NCBI GenBank assembly: GCA_965140415.1
Contig: OZ223209.1
Location: forward strand, 160,001-224,000
Reading direction: 5' to 3'
DNA length: 64,000 nucleotides
From: Myxococcota bacterium
Lineage (GTDB): Bacteria; Myxococcota_A; SURF-8
The notes beneath the pieces are model-generated. The model saw only the letters and a list, made by a program, of their open reading frames with translations, had not been told where the DNA came from and did not search any database. The translations under genes were made by a program, and so were the position numbers. Below are positions 19,037 to 28,427 of the stretch, piece after piece. How positions within the stretch are numbered: the first letter of the stretch is position 1; every line of letters starts with the position of its first letter.

Positions 19037-20230
19037 ATGCCGAAAAGTACAGACGAACAATTAAAAGCGAAAGTCAAAGAACAACTCAAGGGAAAAACGG
19101 CTTCGAAAGGAGCTGGCGATGACGCGGGATCTTCCGAAGCCGCCGTGTCTGCGGCCTTCGAAGCGGTTCCGCCACGGCGCATCATGTCTCGCATGGCAAA
19201 AAAACCGGATATCGCCATGTTCTTCCGGGAACTGTCGATTCTGATCGACGCCGGGTACCCGATCATGCGTGCATTGACGCTGCTGGGCAATAAGAGCACG
19301 AATAAACACCTGGGCGGAACGATCGAACAGATCGCGATGCAGGTCGAAAAGGGCAGCACCTTCAGCAAAGCGCTGGGCAGTTTCCCCTGGTATTTCTCGC
19401 CGATGATCGTTTCTATGGTTGAGGCGGGTGAATCTGGCGGACAGATTGCCGAAGCACTCAATAACATCGCCGCCGATTTCGAATCGGACGATGAACTTAA
19501 CGACAAAATGCGCCGTGCATTGGCCTATCCGGTGTTGACAGCCGGTATCGCCGTGCTGGTCTTTATGCTCGTGCTGATTTTCGTCGTACCGACATTTGCC
19601 GGTGTTTACACTCAACACAACATGGAATTGCCTGCGATTACCTCCATGCTGGTCGGGTTATCCAACATTGTAACCGGTTACTGGTGGCTTTGGATTCCGG
19701 GCCTGGCGCTGGTTGTCTGGTTTCTCCGTCGCCGCGTACTGGAAAATTTCGGCATGTTCGACCGCTTCTATCTGCGTATTCCGGTTATTAAAGACATTCT
19801 GATTCTCGGTTCGATGGCGCGTTTCTCCAGCAGTTTGAACGTATTGCTGAGCAACGGTGTGCCGATTTTGCAGAGCCTGGATCTTGCCCAGGGCGCAATT
19901 ACAAATGTGTACCTGCAAGATGTCGTCAAGCGCATGCGTAACAACGTCGAAGTCGGTCGTTCGATGGTGCAACCGATGGCTGAAGAAGGCATCTTCCCGC
20001 CGATCCTGGTGGACATGTTGTTCGTCGGTGAAGAATCCGGCCAGGTGCCTTTCGTGCTGGAAAAAATCGTCCACGCGCTGCGCATTCAACTGGACCGCTT
20101 GACCAGCCAGCTTGCAATTCTGCTGGGACCGATTATGACCTTGTTCGTCGGTGGATTGGTGCTGTTGATCACGTTATCGTTGTTCATCCCCTACTTCTCT
20201 TTCATTTCTTCGCTGGGCGAAATCCACTAA
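19037..20230 (+). CDS. GspF/PilC-family inner-membrane platform protein
   Basis: FFRELSILIDAG, MVEAGESGG, ALAYP, VVPTF, GVPILQSL, VGEESG, three TM segments. Confidence 0.92.
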   Translation: MPKSTDEQLKAKVKEQLKGKTASKGAGDDAGSSEAAVSAAFEAVPPRRIMSRMAKKPDIAMFFRELSILIDAGYPIMRALTLLGNKSTNKHLGGTIEQIAMQVEKGSTFSKALGSFPWYFSPMIVSMVEAGESGGQIAEALNNIAADFESDDELNDKMRRALAYPVLTAGIAVLVFMLVLIFVVPTFAGVYTQHNMELPAITSMLVGLSNIVTGYWWLWIPGLALVVWFLRRRVLENFGMFDRFYLRIPVIKDILILGSMARFSSSLNVLLSNGVPILQSLDLAQGAITNVYLQDVVKRMRNNVEVGRSMVQPMAEEGIFPPILVDMLFVGEESGQVPFVLEKIVHALRIQLDRLTSQLAILLGPIMTLFVGGLVLLITLSLFIPYFSFISSLGEIH

Positions 20231-20264
20231 ACCTTCTCTCGAAGGTTCGAATTTGAGGGTAGTG

Positions 20265-20300
20265 CGCCCGGTTGCCGATGGTAGCCGGGCGTTTTCTTTT
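20265..20300 (+). terminator. intrinsic terminator after gspF/pilC
   Basis: CGCCCGGTTGCC-GAT-GGTAGCCGGGCG stem followed by TTTTCTTTT. Confidence 0.75.
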
Positions 20301-20310
20301 GCCGGTTTTT

Positions 20311-20339
20311 TTGCTACCTTAGCTCAGCTCTGGTATAAT
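20311..20339 (+). promoter_or_regulatory. sigma70 promoter candidate for the TPR gene
   Basis: TTGCTA-17 nt-TATAAT with TG extension. Confidence 0.55.
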
Positions 20340-20430
20340 CACGCGGAGCATTTCTTGAATTGACTGTAATACATTGGGCGTGATGTATTGAACGTGGGAA
20401 CTTTTACAAGAAATACGGTAAATATAGAAT

Positions 20431-23355
20431 ATGACGACAAACGACGATAGTCAGCAAAAAGGCAGCCGAGCGCGTATCGCCAATTTCGAAAAGATTCTGG
20501 CGAACAACCCGAAATCGTTCATCTTTGCGCAACTGGCGGAAGAGCACCTGAAATTGCAGGAATATGACAAGGCCATTCAGATATGCCGGGATGGGTTGGT
20601 TCATAATCCGGAATTTTCCGATGGCTTGTACGTGCTGGGTGTGGCGGTTTTTAAAAAGGGCGATCAGGAAGCGGCGGTTCGTATTTTCCTGCGCATTCTG
20701 AATCAGCAGCCGGATCACTATCTTGCCAAGGAAGCCTTGCAACGCATGGGCCATGGAGAAGAGTGGATCCAACAAAACGCTGCACAAGCTCTAACTCCAA
20801 TCGTGATCGGTACGACGGAAACGCAAGCCGCTGCACCGCCAAAACCGGCACCCGTTCATCATGACAGCAGTGAAGAGCAGGCTGCCCAAGCCCGTCGCAG
20901 TGCACCGAAAGAGATCCGCTCGGCTTTGAAATCGGATGCAGTGCTTGAAGAAGACATGGAAGACAAGAACGACGATGAGGGGTTGCCGCTCTGGTTGAAA
21001 ATCGGTGCGGCCATTTTATTACTGCTGCTGGCAGGTGGAGGATATTTCGGGTACACCGTAATGCAGAAGCGTGCGGTTCAACAACAAGTCGCATTGCTTT
21101 ACATCGACAGTCGCAAACTCATCAACCACGATACCTATACCGGATATACCCAAGTCAGGCAATCGCTGGAAGACAGCATTAAAACCTATCCGAAATCGCA
21201 GGAGTTGAAAGCGCTGCTGGTCGAAACCTACAGCAAACTCTTAATCGACTTCTCCTCCAACGATCACAACATGCAAGCTCACCTGGAAGGGCTTAACGCC
21301 ACCTTCCCGGCAGACAGCCTTGGCGACAGCGACCTGCTCACCGCCCAAGCCTATCGTTCTTTCTATCTTGGAAAAAACGGTAACGTGCGTTTCCTGATCG
21401 ACACTGCCGGTGAAAAAGGATTGTTGACACCGTCGTTGAACTGTCTGGACGGAGAACTGCACCTGCTCGACAAAGATTACGATGGCTCGATCCGGTTGTT
21501 CGATGAAACCTTGAACGACGACCCGGCCTTGTGGCGTGCCGTCTACAAAAAAGCTGTTGCACAGTTCGATCGCAAAGATTATTCCGGCGCCCGTATTACG
21601 CTTGAACTTCTTTTGGAAAAAGCTCCCGATCATCAGCGTGGACGCATTTTGTTGTGGGAAACGAAACTATACGCAGGAGACGACAAGCAGCAGATCGAGA
21701 AGGAAGTCGTGCCCTTTGCCGAAAAGGAAGGCGACAAACTTCCCGATATGGTTAAAGCACGCCTGTTGTTCGTGCAGGCCGTTTTGCTGCACGCCAAGGG
21801 GGACGTCGACGAAGCCTTGAAACTGGCTTCGCAATCGGTGGAACTGGATCTGCGAGCGGAACCGGCATTTCTGTTGGCGCGTCTTCAATATGAAAAACGG
21901 ATGTATACCGCCGCCAAGCTTCAGGTGCTTAAAGCCATCGATCTGAATCGCGATGTCAAGAAATACCATGCCTTCTTAGGACGCCTGTATTTCATGGAAG
22001 ACAACAAAACCGCAGCATTGGAAGAGATGGAACTGGCCATCGACGATGCGACCGATGAACTGGATCTGCTCGTGATGGCGGCGGATGCCGCTTTCAAGCT
22101 GCGCATGTACGATCGTGCCGTGCAATATTACGAGCGCGCCACCTTCGTCAATTTCCAGAATCTGGATCTTAAAAAGAAATTGATCCTGACCTATATCGAA
22201 AAGCAGGACATGAAAGACGCCAAGGGGCGCATTGAAAAGATAATGCAGGATCATCCCGACGATCCGCTCAGCTATTTCTTAAACGGTCGTTATCTATTGG
22301 CCGAAGGCAGCAAAGCCAAAGCGGAAAAGGAATTCAAAAAGGGCTTGCAACTGGATCCCAACAATCGCGAAATTTTGTTGGAAATGGCCAATCTGAATAT
22401 CCGCCGCGGCAAAATCGATGCCGGTATTTTGTCTTTGCGTCGATTGGAGAAACTGAATCCGGACGACAGCGAAGTCTTGCAGCGGCTGGCTCGCTACAGT
22501 TTCGCGGCCAATTCCCGTAAGGAAGCTTACACCTATTACAAGCAGCTCTCCGACATGAATCCGCAGCTGGCGCTGTATCGTCTTCGTCTGGCCTATCTGG
22601 ATTACATGAGCGGCAACAAGAGCCAGGCCAAGCAGGTCGTCGAAGCGGAGTTGGCTAAAGATCCCAACCTTGGTTACGGACATATTTTGCGCGGTATTTT
22701 CCTGTTTTTGGAAGGGGACGGCAAAACCGGGGAAGCTCAGATCCAGCGTGGCATTCAACTGGATAGCAAAAACCCGGAAGGGCATTACTGGCTGGCTCGT
22801 ATCAAGCTGGACAACAAAGATTATACCTGGGCGAAAAACGAGTTGGACATTGCGCTGGAATGTGAACCGGTCAGCCCCAAAGTCTATTATGAAATCGGCA
22901 TGATTTATTTCAACCGCAGCCAGTTCAAACAGGCACGCGATCTGTTCGACAAAGCGGCGCAGATTTTCAGACTGTTCCCCCTTGCAGTCGATTACCGGGT
23001 GCGCATTCTGTTGCGGCTGGGCGAGATCGAAATCTTCCGCAACCGTTTGCGGGAAGGAATGCGGCTGGTGGAGGAAGCTTCCAAGCTGGACCCGGAAGCA
23101 GGCGAGCCGTATTACATTATGGCGCGTGACGGCAGCAAGTTCGCCAATCCGCGTAAAGCCATTTCGCTCTTGAACAAAGCACTGAAATTGAACCCGGATT
23201 TACATGCAGCGCATTACGAACTGGGTCTGGTTTACATGGCCAAGGACAACAAAAAGAAGGCCATAGAGGAATTCCGACTGTATCTCAAACTCGACCCGAA
23301 GGGACGCTATGCCGCCGACGCCAAGCGTCAGTTGAACGAATTGGGTGCTCCCTGA
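20431..23355 (+). CDS. large membrane-anchored tetratricopeptide-repeat protein
   Basis: N-terminal TPR block, Pro/Ala/acidic linker, single TM (LWLKIGAAILLLLLAGGGYF), long run of TPR-like repeats to the C-terminus. Confidence 0.85.
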   Translation: MTTNDDSQQKGSRARIANFEKILANNPKSFIFAQLAEEHLKLQEYDKAIQICRDGLVHNPEFSDGLYVLGVAVFKKGDQEAAVRIFLRILNQQPDHYLAKEALQRMGHGEEWIQQNAAQALTPIVIGTTETQAAAPPKPAPVHHDSSEEQAAQARRSAPKEIRSALKSDAVLEEDMEDKNDDEGLPLWLKIGAAILLLLLAGGGYFGYTVMQKRAVQQQVALLYIDSRKLINHDTYTGYTQVRQSLEDSIKTYPKSQELKALLVETYSKLLIDFSSNDHNMQAHLEGLNATFPADSLGDSDLLTAQAYRSFYLGKNGNVRFLIDTAGEKGLLTPSLNCLDGELHLLDKDYDGSIRLFDETLNDDPALWRAVYKKAVAQFDRKDYSGARITLELLLEKAPDHQRGRILLWETKLYAGDDKQQIEKEVVPFAEKEGDKLPDMVKARLLFVQAVLLHAKGDVDEALKLASQSVELDLRAEPAFLLARLQYEKRMYTAAKLQVLKAIDLNRDVKKYHAFLGRLYFMEDNKTAALEEMELAIDDATDELDLLVMAADAAFKLRMYDRAVQYYERATFVNFQNLDLKKKLILTYIEKQDMKDAKGRIEKIMQDHPDDPLSYFLNGRYLLAEGSKAKAEKEFKKGLQLDPNNREILLEMANLNIRRGKIDAGILSLRRLEKLNPDDSEVLQRLARYSFAANSRKEAYTYYKQLSDMNPQLALYRLRLAYLDYMSGNKSQAKQVVEAELAKDPNLGYGHILRGIFLFLEGDGKTGEAQIQRGIQLDSKNPEGHYWLARIKLDNKDYTWAKNELDIALECEPVSPKVYYEIGMIYFNRSQFKQARDLFDKAAQIFRLFPLAVDYRVRILLRLGEIEIFRNRLREGMRLVEEASKLDPEAGEPYYIMARDGSKFANPRKAISLLNKALKLNPDLHAAHYELGLVYMAKDNKKKAIEEFRLYLKLDPKGRYAADAKRQLNELGAP

Positions 23356-23465
23356 GAAATAAAAGATTTCCGTTCCACGAAATCATGGCTTGAGTGCAAT
23401 GGAAATACTCGTGCGTCAACAGTGAATATTCATTCACGGGCGTCTGTGCGGTAGCGCTAATTCCT

Positions 23466-23494
23466 TTGCTCCCGTCTCTCATCACTGGTATACT
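23466..23494 (+). promoter_or_regulatory. sigma70 promoter candidate for thrABC
   Basis: TTGCTC-17 nt-TATACT with TG extension, same pattern as 20311-20339. Confidence 0.5.
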
Positions 23495-23595
23495 TACACC
23501 AAATAAACGGATAGATTCCCGTTACTTTGACCGGTCAATCCTGTTGATCGGCGGTGTTTTTATTAAATGCCGCATAGCATAGTGGGGAGGCTTTT

Positions 23596-26061
23596 ATGCT
23601 GGTTTTGAAATTCGGTGGAACATCGGTCGCCAACGCCGACTGCATCATGCAGGCGGCTCGATTGATCGCCCAGCAGTCCCGTCCGGTGGTGGCTGTCAGT
23701 TCAGCCATGTCGGGTGTCACCGATGTGCTGATCGAAGCCGGGAACCTGGCCTGCAAGCGCAATTACGACGAAGTGGAAAAACGCCAGATGGACTTGCGGC
23801 GTCGCCACGATGAAGCCGCCCGCGTGATCTGTCCCGACAGCGGAGCGCGCAAGGCGCTTTCCAATGACTTGGATGCGCTCTTTTCGGAATTGACCGGGAT
23901 GCTGAACGGGATTTCCCTGTTGCAGGAACTTTCTCCCCGATCCCTGGATTTGATCTCTTCCTTCGGTGAGCGCTTATTGGTGCCGTTACTTGCCGAGGCG
24001 CTCGTTCAACAAGGCGTGCCCGCCAAAACCGTGGACGCGCGCTCGTTATTGCGCACCAATTCCACCTTCGGAGCGGCCAGCGTCGATCACGACGTCAGCC
24101 GGGAGCAGACGAGAGATCTGTTACTGCCGTTATGCAAGCAGACGGTGCCGGTCGTCACGGGGTATATCGCTTCCGACGCATCCGGTAATACCACCACGCT
24201 GGGTCGTGGCGGCAGCGATTACAGCGCCACCGTTATCGGTTCTTATTTACAGGCCGACGAGATCTGGATATTTACCGATGTAGACGGCATGATGACTGCC
24301 GATCCGCGTGTGGTGCCTGAAGCACGCGTGCTCGATGAAATCACCTATCGGGAGGCGGCGGAATCGGCCTACTTCGGTTCCAAAGTGCTGCATCCCAGTA
24401 CCATGATTCCCGCCGTTCGGGCCAAGATTCCAATTCGTATTCGCAACACCTTTAACCCCGAACACCAAGGCACGTTGATTTCCACCCGTCGTGTGGATCG
24501 TTTCGAAGGCGTTAAAACCGTTACCAGCATCAGCGATCTGGCCATGGTCACGGTCGAAGGCAAAGGGATGTTGGGTGTTCCCGGCATGGTCAAGCGCGTA
24601 TTTACGGCCACTGCCGCCGCAGGCATCAACGTCTTCATGATTTCCCAGGCCAGCAGCGAGCAGAACATCAGCTTCATCGTGCGCGGCGTCAAGGGTGAAC
24701 TGGCAGTGGCTGCGCTGGAAAAAGAATTCGAGTTGGAGTCTTCCCAGGGGCGCATCGATACAATCGGATTGCGAGCGCCGGTTGGCATTCTGGCGATCAT
24801 CGGCGAGGGCATGCAGGGCACACCCGGTATCAGCCGCCGTCTCTTCGCTGCGTTGGGGCGTGCTCGCATCAACGTGCTGTCTATCGCCCAGGGCAGTTCG
24901 GAACTGAATGTCTCCGTGGTGGTGGAGCAACGCGATCTGCATCGGGCCGTCGGTGCGGTGCATACTCGTTTTGGCCTGACGCGCGACACGCATCTGTTCC
25001 TGTTCGGAAAAGGTTTGATCGGACGCACCCTGATTCAGCAGGTTCTTCAGAGTCGCCGCCGCTTGGGAGAACATGGTCTTTCCCTGAAAGTGCTGGGAGT
25101 CTGCGGCAGAAACGAGTGGCTGTTCGAGCCGTTGGGGCTGGATGATTCACGCCTGCAAGGCGTCGCGAAAGGGGAGGATATCACAAAATTGGGTGGAGAA
25201 GCCCGCCCAACAGACAAGGAAATTCTAAAGCAACTGGCCAAGGCGCGTCGCCTGGATATCGTGGTGGTGGATGTCAGCGCCGACGATACCGGTGAATTGC
25301 ATCATCAGGCGTTGGCGCATGGTTTCCATGTTGTGACCGCCAACAAAAAGCCGATGTCCGGTCCGCTGGCGAGCTACGATGCCATTCGCAAAGAAGCATT
25401 GCACCAGGGTTGTGGCTATCATTTCGAAACAACCTTCGGCGCCGGATTGCCGGTGCTGTTTACCTTGCAGGATCTGTTGGCCACGCGCGATCGCGTGCTG
25501 CGCGTCACCGGTTGCTTCTCCGGTACGCTCGGTTATATTTGCAGCGAACTGTCCAAGAACCGACCGTTTTCCGAAATCGTCACCGAAGCGAAAAAGCTGG
25601 GTTATACCGAACCGGACCCGCGCGACGATCTGTGCGGGATGGATGTTGCTCGCAAGGCGTTGATCATTGCCAGAGAAATCGGCTCCATGCTGGAAATGAA
25701 CGATATCGCATTGGAAGGACTGGTGCCGCAGGAATTATTGGAGCTACAAACCGTTGATGAATTCATGGCAAGGCTTTCCGAGTTGGATGATGGGATGGCA
25801 AAGCGGGTCGAACAAGCTGCCAAAGAGGGAAAGGTGCTGCGTTTTGTGGCGGAAATCACGCCGGAAAACGTGCAAGTCGGATTACAAGCGGTCCCCTTGG
25901 AAAGTCCTTTAGGACAACTTTCCGGACCGGACAACATTGTAATCTACCAAACGGAACGTTACTACGACTACCCCTTGATCATTCGCGGTCCCGGAGCCGG
26001 AGCGGAAGTTACTGCCGCCGGAGTGCTGGGTGATATTCTGAAAGTCGCGAGAACCAGCTAA
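23596..26061 (+). CDS. thrA: bifunctional aspartokinase/homoserine dehydrogenase
   Basis: VLKFGGTSV, TTLGRGGSDYSA, DVDGMMTADPR, two ACT domains (QASSEQNIS, QGSSELNVS), GKGLIG, VVTANKK, GYTEPDPRDDL, GPGAGAEVTAAG. Confidence 0.96.
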   Translation: MLVLKFGGTSVANADCIMQAARLIAQQSRPVVAVSSAMSGVTDVLIEAGNLACKRNYDEVEKRQMDLRRRHDEAARVICPDSGARKALSNDLDALFSELTGMLNGISLLQELSPRSLDLISSFGERLLVPLLAEALVQQGVPAKTVDARSLLRTNSTFGAASVDHDVSREQTRDLLLPLCKQTVPVVTGYIASDASGNTTTLGRGGSDYSATVIGSYLQADEIWIFTDVDGMMTADPRVVPEARVLDEITYREAAESAYFGSKVLHPSTMIPAVRAKIPIRIRNTFNPEHQGTLISTRRVDRFEGVKTVTSISDLAMVTVEGKGMLGVPGMVKRVFTATAAAGINVFMISQASSEQNISFIVRGVKGELAVAALEKEFELESSQGRIDTIGLRAPVGILAIIGEGMQGTPGISRRLFAALGRARINVLSIAQGSSELNVSVVVEQRDLHRAVGAVHTRFGLTRDTHLFLFGKGLIGRTLIQQVLQSRRRLGEHGLSLKVLGVCGRNEWLFEPLGLDDSRLQGVAKGEDITKLGGEARPTDKEILKQLAKARRLDIVVVDVSADDTGELHHQALAHGFHVVTANKKPMSGPLASYDAIRKEALHQGCGYHFETTFGAGLPVLFTLQDLLATRDRVLRVTGCFSGTLGYICSELSKNRPFSEIVTEAKKLGYTEPDPRDDLCGMDVARKALIIAREIGSMLEMNDIALEGLVPQELLELQTVDEFMARLSELDDGMAKRVEQAAKEGKVLRFVAEITPENVQVGLQAVPLESPLGQLSGPDNIVIYQTERYYDYPLIIRGPGAGAEVTAAGVLGDILKVARTS

Positions 26062-26072
26062 AGGAGCGCTTG

Positions 26073-27038
26073 ATGTCTCCACAGAGCAAGAAGCCCTGGA
26101 TTCGTATTTTCGTTCCCGCTACGTTGGCCAATGTCGGTCCCGGTTTCGACTGCTTCGGCCTTGCGCTGGAGAAACCCGGAGATATCGTTGCCGCGCGGGC
26201 AAGTCGCAAGCCGGGCGTTCGAATCGAATCCATCACCGGTGATCAAGGGGCCTTACCCACCGAGGCTAGTGCCAACACGGCGGGCAAAGCAGCCCAAAGT
26301 CTGCTGGCGTGTTTTCCTGGATTCTCGAAAAAGCAGGGTTTGACTTTACGAATCGAAAAAGGATTGCCTATCGGTTCGGGGCTTGGCTCCAGCGCATCCA
26401 GCGCCGTCGGCGGTGCCGTGGCTGCTATGCGCGTGATTATGTCCGAAACGGGTATTGACTATGATGATAGCGCCGTTTTAAACGCAGCCGTAACCGGCGA
26501 AGAAGTCGCTTCCGGCGACTGGCACGCCGATAACGTCGCTCCGGCTTTATATGGCGGTTTCACCCTGGTTCAATCGTTACATCCACTACGGGTGGCGCGT
26601 TTCATTCCGGCGCTTGAACTGAATGTGGTGATTGCCACGCCGGAGGTATACGTTTCCACCCGCGATGCTCGCGCCGTGTTGCCGCGGGATGTTCCCCTGC
26701 GGGACGCCGTTGCTCAATGGGCCAATGCCGCTTCGCTGATATTGGCGTTGAACACCGGCGATGTCGTTCTGTTACAGGCCGCATTGCAGGATCATTTGAT
26801 CGAACCTCGACGCGCATCGTTAATCCCCGGCTACATCGAGGCCAAGCGGTTGGCGTTGGAAGCCGGTGCGCTGGGTTGTTCGATTGGCGGCAGCGGTCCG
26901 ACCGTGTTCGCCTTTGCGCAAGATGAATTGACCGCCGAACGCATCCGGCTGGCGTTGATCGACGCATTCGCACGTCAGGGGTTGAGTTGCCAGAATCATA
27001 TTACGCGGCTTAGTACGCAAGGAGCGCGAGAATGTTGA
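26073..27038 (+). CDS. thrB: homoserine kinase (GHMP family)
   Basis: PATLANVGPGFD, PIGSGLGSSASS, HADNVAP, GGSGPT. Confidence 0.95.
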   Translation: MSPQSKKPWIRIFVPATLANVGPGFDCFGLALEKPGDIVAARASRKPGVRIESITGDQGALPTEASANTAGKAAQSLLACFPGFSKKQGLTLRIEKGLPIGSGLGSSASSAVGGAVAAMRVIMSETGIDYDDSAVLNAAVTGEEVASGDWHADNVAPALYGGFTLVQSLHPLRVARFIPALELNVVIATPEVYVSTRDARAVLPRDVPLRDAVAQWANAASLILALNTGDVVLLQAALQDHLIEPRRASLIPGYIEAKRLALEAGALGCSIGGSGPTVFAFAQDELTAERIRLALIDAFARQGLSCQNHITRLSTQGAREC

Positions 27039-28336
27039 ACGAGCCAATTTCCCAACTTCACTGTATTAGCTGTGGCAAGTCCTATGACGTGAATGAGGTT
27101 CGCTATCGCTGCGACTGCGGCGACCTGTTGCAGGTCGTGCACGATCTTGAACGGCTCAAGCATCGCCACCCGGATTTGAAAAATACGTTTTCTGCACGTA
27201 TGACCGATCAGAACCTGCCATATCATTCCGGTGTGTGGCGCTATCACGAACTGATTCTGCCGGATCTGCCAGTAAAGGACATCGTTTCCAAGCCGGAGGG
27301 CAATACCCGCTTGTATCACTTAGAGCAACTTTGTGCAGCATTCGGTATCGACAAGCTCTATTTGAAACACGAAGGCGAGAATCCCACACTTTCCTTCAAG
27401 GATCGCGGCATGACAGCCGGGGTCAGTTGGGCCAAGCATCTGGGCATGCGTCTGGTTGCCTGCGCCTCTACCGGAGATACCAGTGCCGCCATGGCCGCTT
27501 ATGCCGCACAGGTACCCGATATGGATGCGGCGGTCTTTCTACCGCATGGCAAGATCAGCCTGGAGCAACTGGTTCAGGCGATCACCTACGGCGCGAAAAC
27601 CCTGGCTTTAGATACCGATTTCGATGGCTGTATGAAACTGGTGCAGCAGGTCTGCGAGCATCACCCGGTCTACCTTCTAAATTCGATGAACAGTTTTCGC
27701 ATCGAAGGTCAGAAGGCCATCGGTCTGGAAGTGTTGCAACAGTTGGACTGGCAGGTGCCCGACTGGTTTGTGATTCCGGTGGGCAACGCCGGAAACGTGA
27801 GCGCACTGGGAAAAGGATTGGCAGAAGCGTTCGAGTTGGGCCTGATCGACCGGCTGCCGCGCATCGCAGGCGTACAGGCCACAGCCGCCGATCCGCTCTA
27901 TCAGAGTTACCAGACCGATTTCACAGAGCGCATCAGTGTGACCGCACAACCCACATTGGCTTCGGCCATCCGTATCGGTGACCCCGTCAGTCGCGACAAG
28001 GCGGCGGCGGTGATCCGTCGCTTCGACGGCGTTATGGAAACCGTGAATGAAGCGGAATTGATGGATGCAAAGGCGCTGGCTGACCGGGCCGGGGTGGCGG
28101 TTTGCCCCAATTCCGGTGTGGCTTTGGCGGGTATGCGTAAGCTGTTGAATTCCGGCGTGATCGAAAAACAGCAAACGGTCGTGGCGATTATGACGGCCCA
28201 TGGCGCGAAGTTCTCGCGAGTCGCTCAGGACTATTACACCGGAAAGCTCGATGGGCTTGTTTCCGTGCATACCAATGCGCCCCAGACCTTGCCAGCCGAG
28301 CTCGATGCCATCACACAAGCGTTAAATTTGGCGTGA
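27032..28336 (+). CDS. thrC: threonine synthase
   Basis: N-terminal Zn-ribbon-like CISC...CDC, EGNT, KHEGENPTLSFKDRG (PLP Lys), ASTGDTSAA, PVGNAGN. Confidence 0.95.
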   Translation: MLNEPISQLHCISCGKSYDVNEVRYRCDCGDLLQVVHDLERLKHRHPDLKNTFSARMTDQNLPYHSGVWRYHELILPDLPVKDIVSKPEGNTRLYHLEQLCAAFGIDKLYLKHEGENPTLSFKDRGMTAGVSWAKHLGMRLVACASTGDTSAAMAAYAAQVPDMDAAVFLPHGKISLEQLVQAITYGAKTLALDTDFDGCMKLVQQVCEHHPVYLLNSMNSFRIEGQKAIGLEVLQQLDWQVPDWFVIPVGNAGNVSALGKGLAEAFELGLIDRLPRIAGVQATAADPLYQSYQTDFTERISVTAQPTLASAIRIGDPVSRDKAAAVIRRFDGVMETVNEAELMDAKALADRAGVAVCPNSGVALAGMRKLLNSGVIEKQQTVVAIMTAHGAKFSRVAQDYYTGKLDGLVSVHTNAPQTLPAELDAITQALNLA

Positions 28337-28338
28337 GA

Positions 28339-28392
28339 GAAAAAGAAATCGCCACGGTCTCTTGGGTTTTACCGATCCGTGAAACCGTGGCA
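28339..28392 (-). terminator. hairpin between convergent thrC and the Cys-rich gene
   Basis: GCCACGGT...ACCGTGGC stem, with a T-rich tail on the minus strand. Confidence 0.45.
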
Positions 28393-28427
28393 AACGTTAT
28401 CTTATACGAAAACACAAGAAGACTCGC

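Noticed and set aside
23495-23595. thr attenuator, T-box or riboswitch upstream of thrA
   Set aside because: No Thr/Ile-rich leader peptide, T-box sequence or convincing terminator was found.
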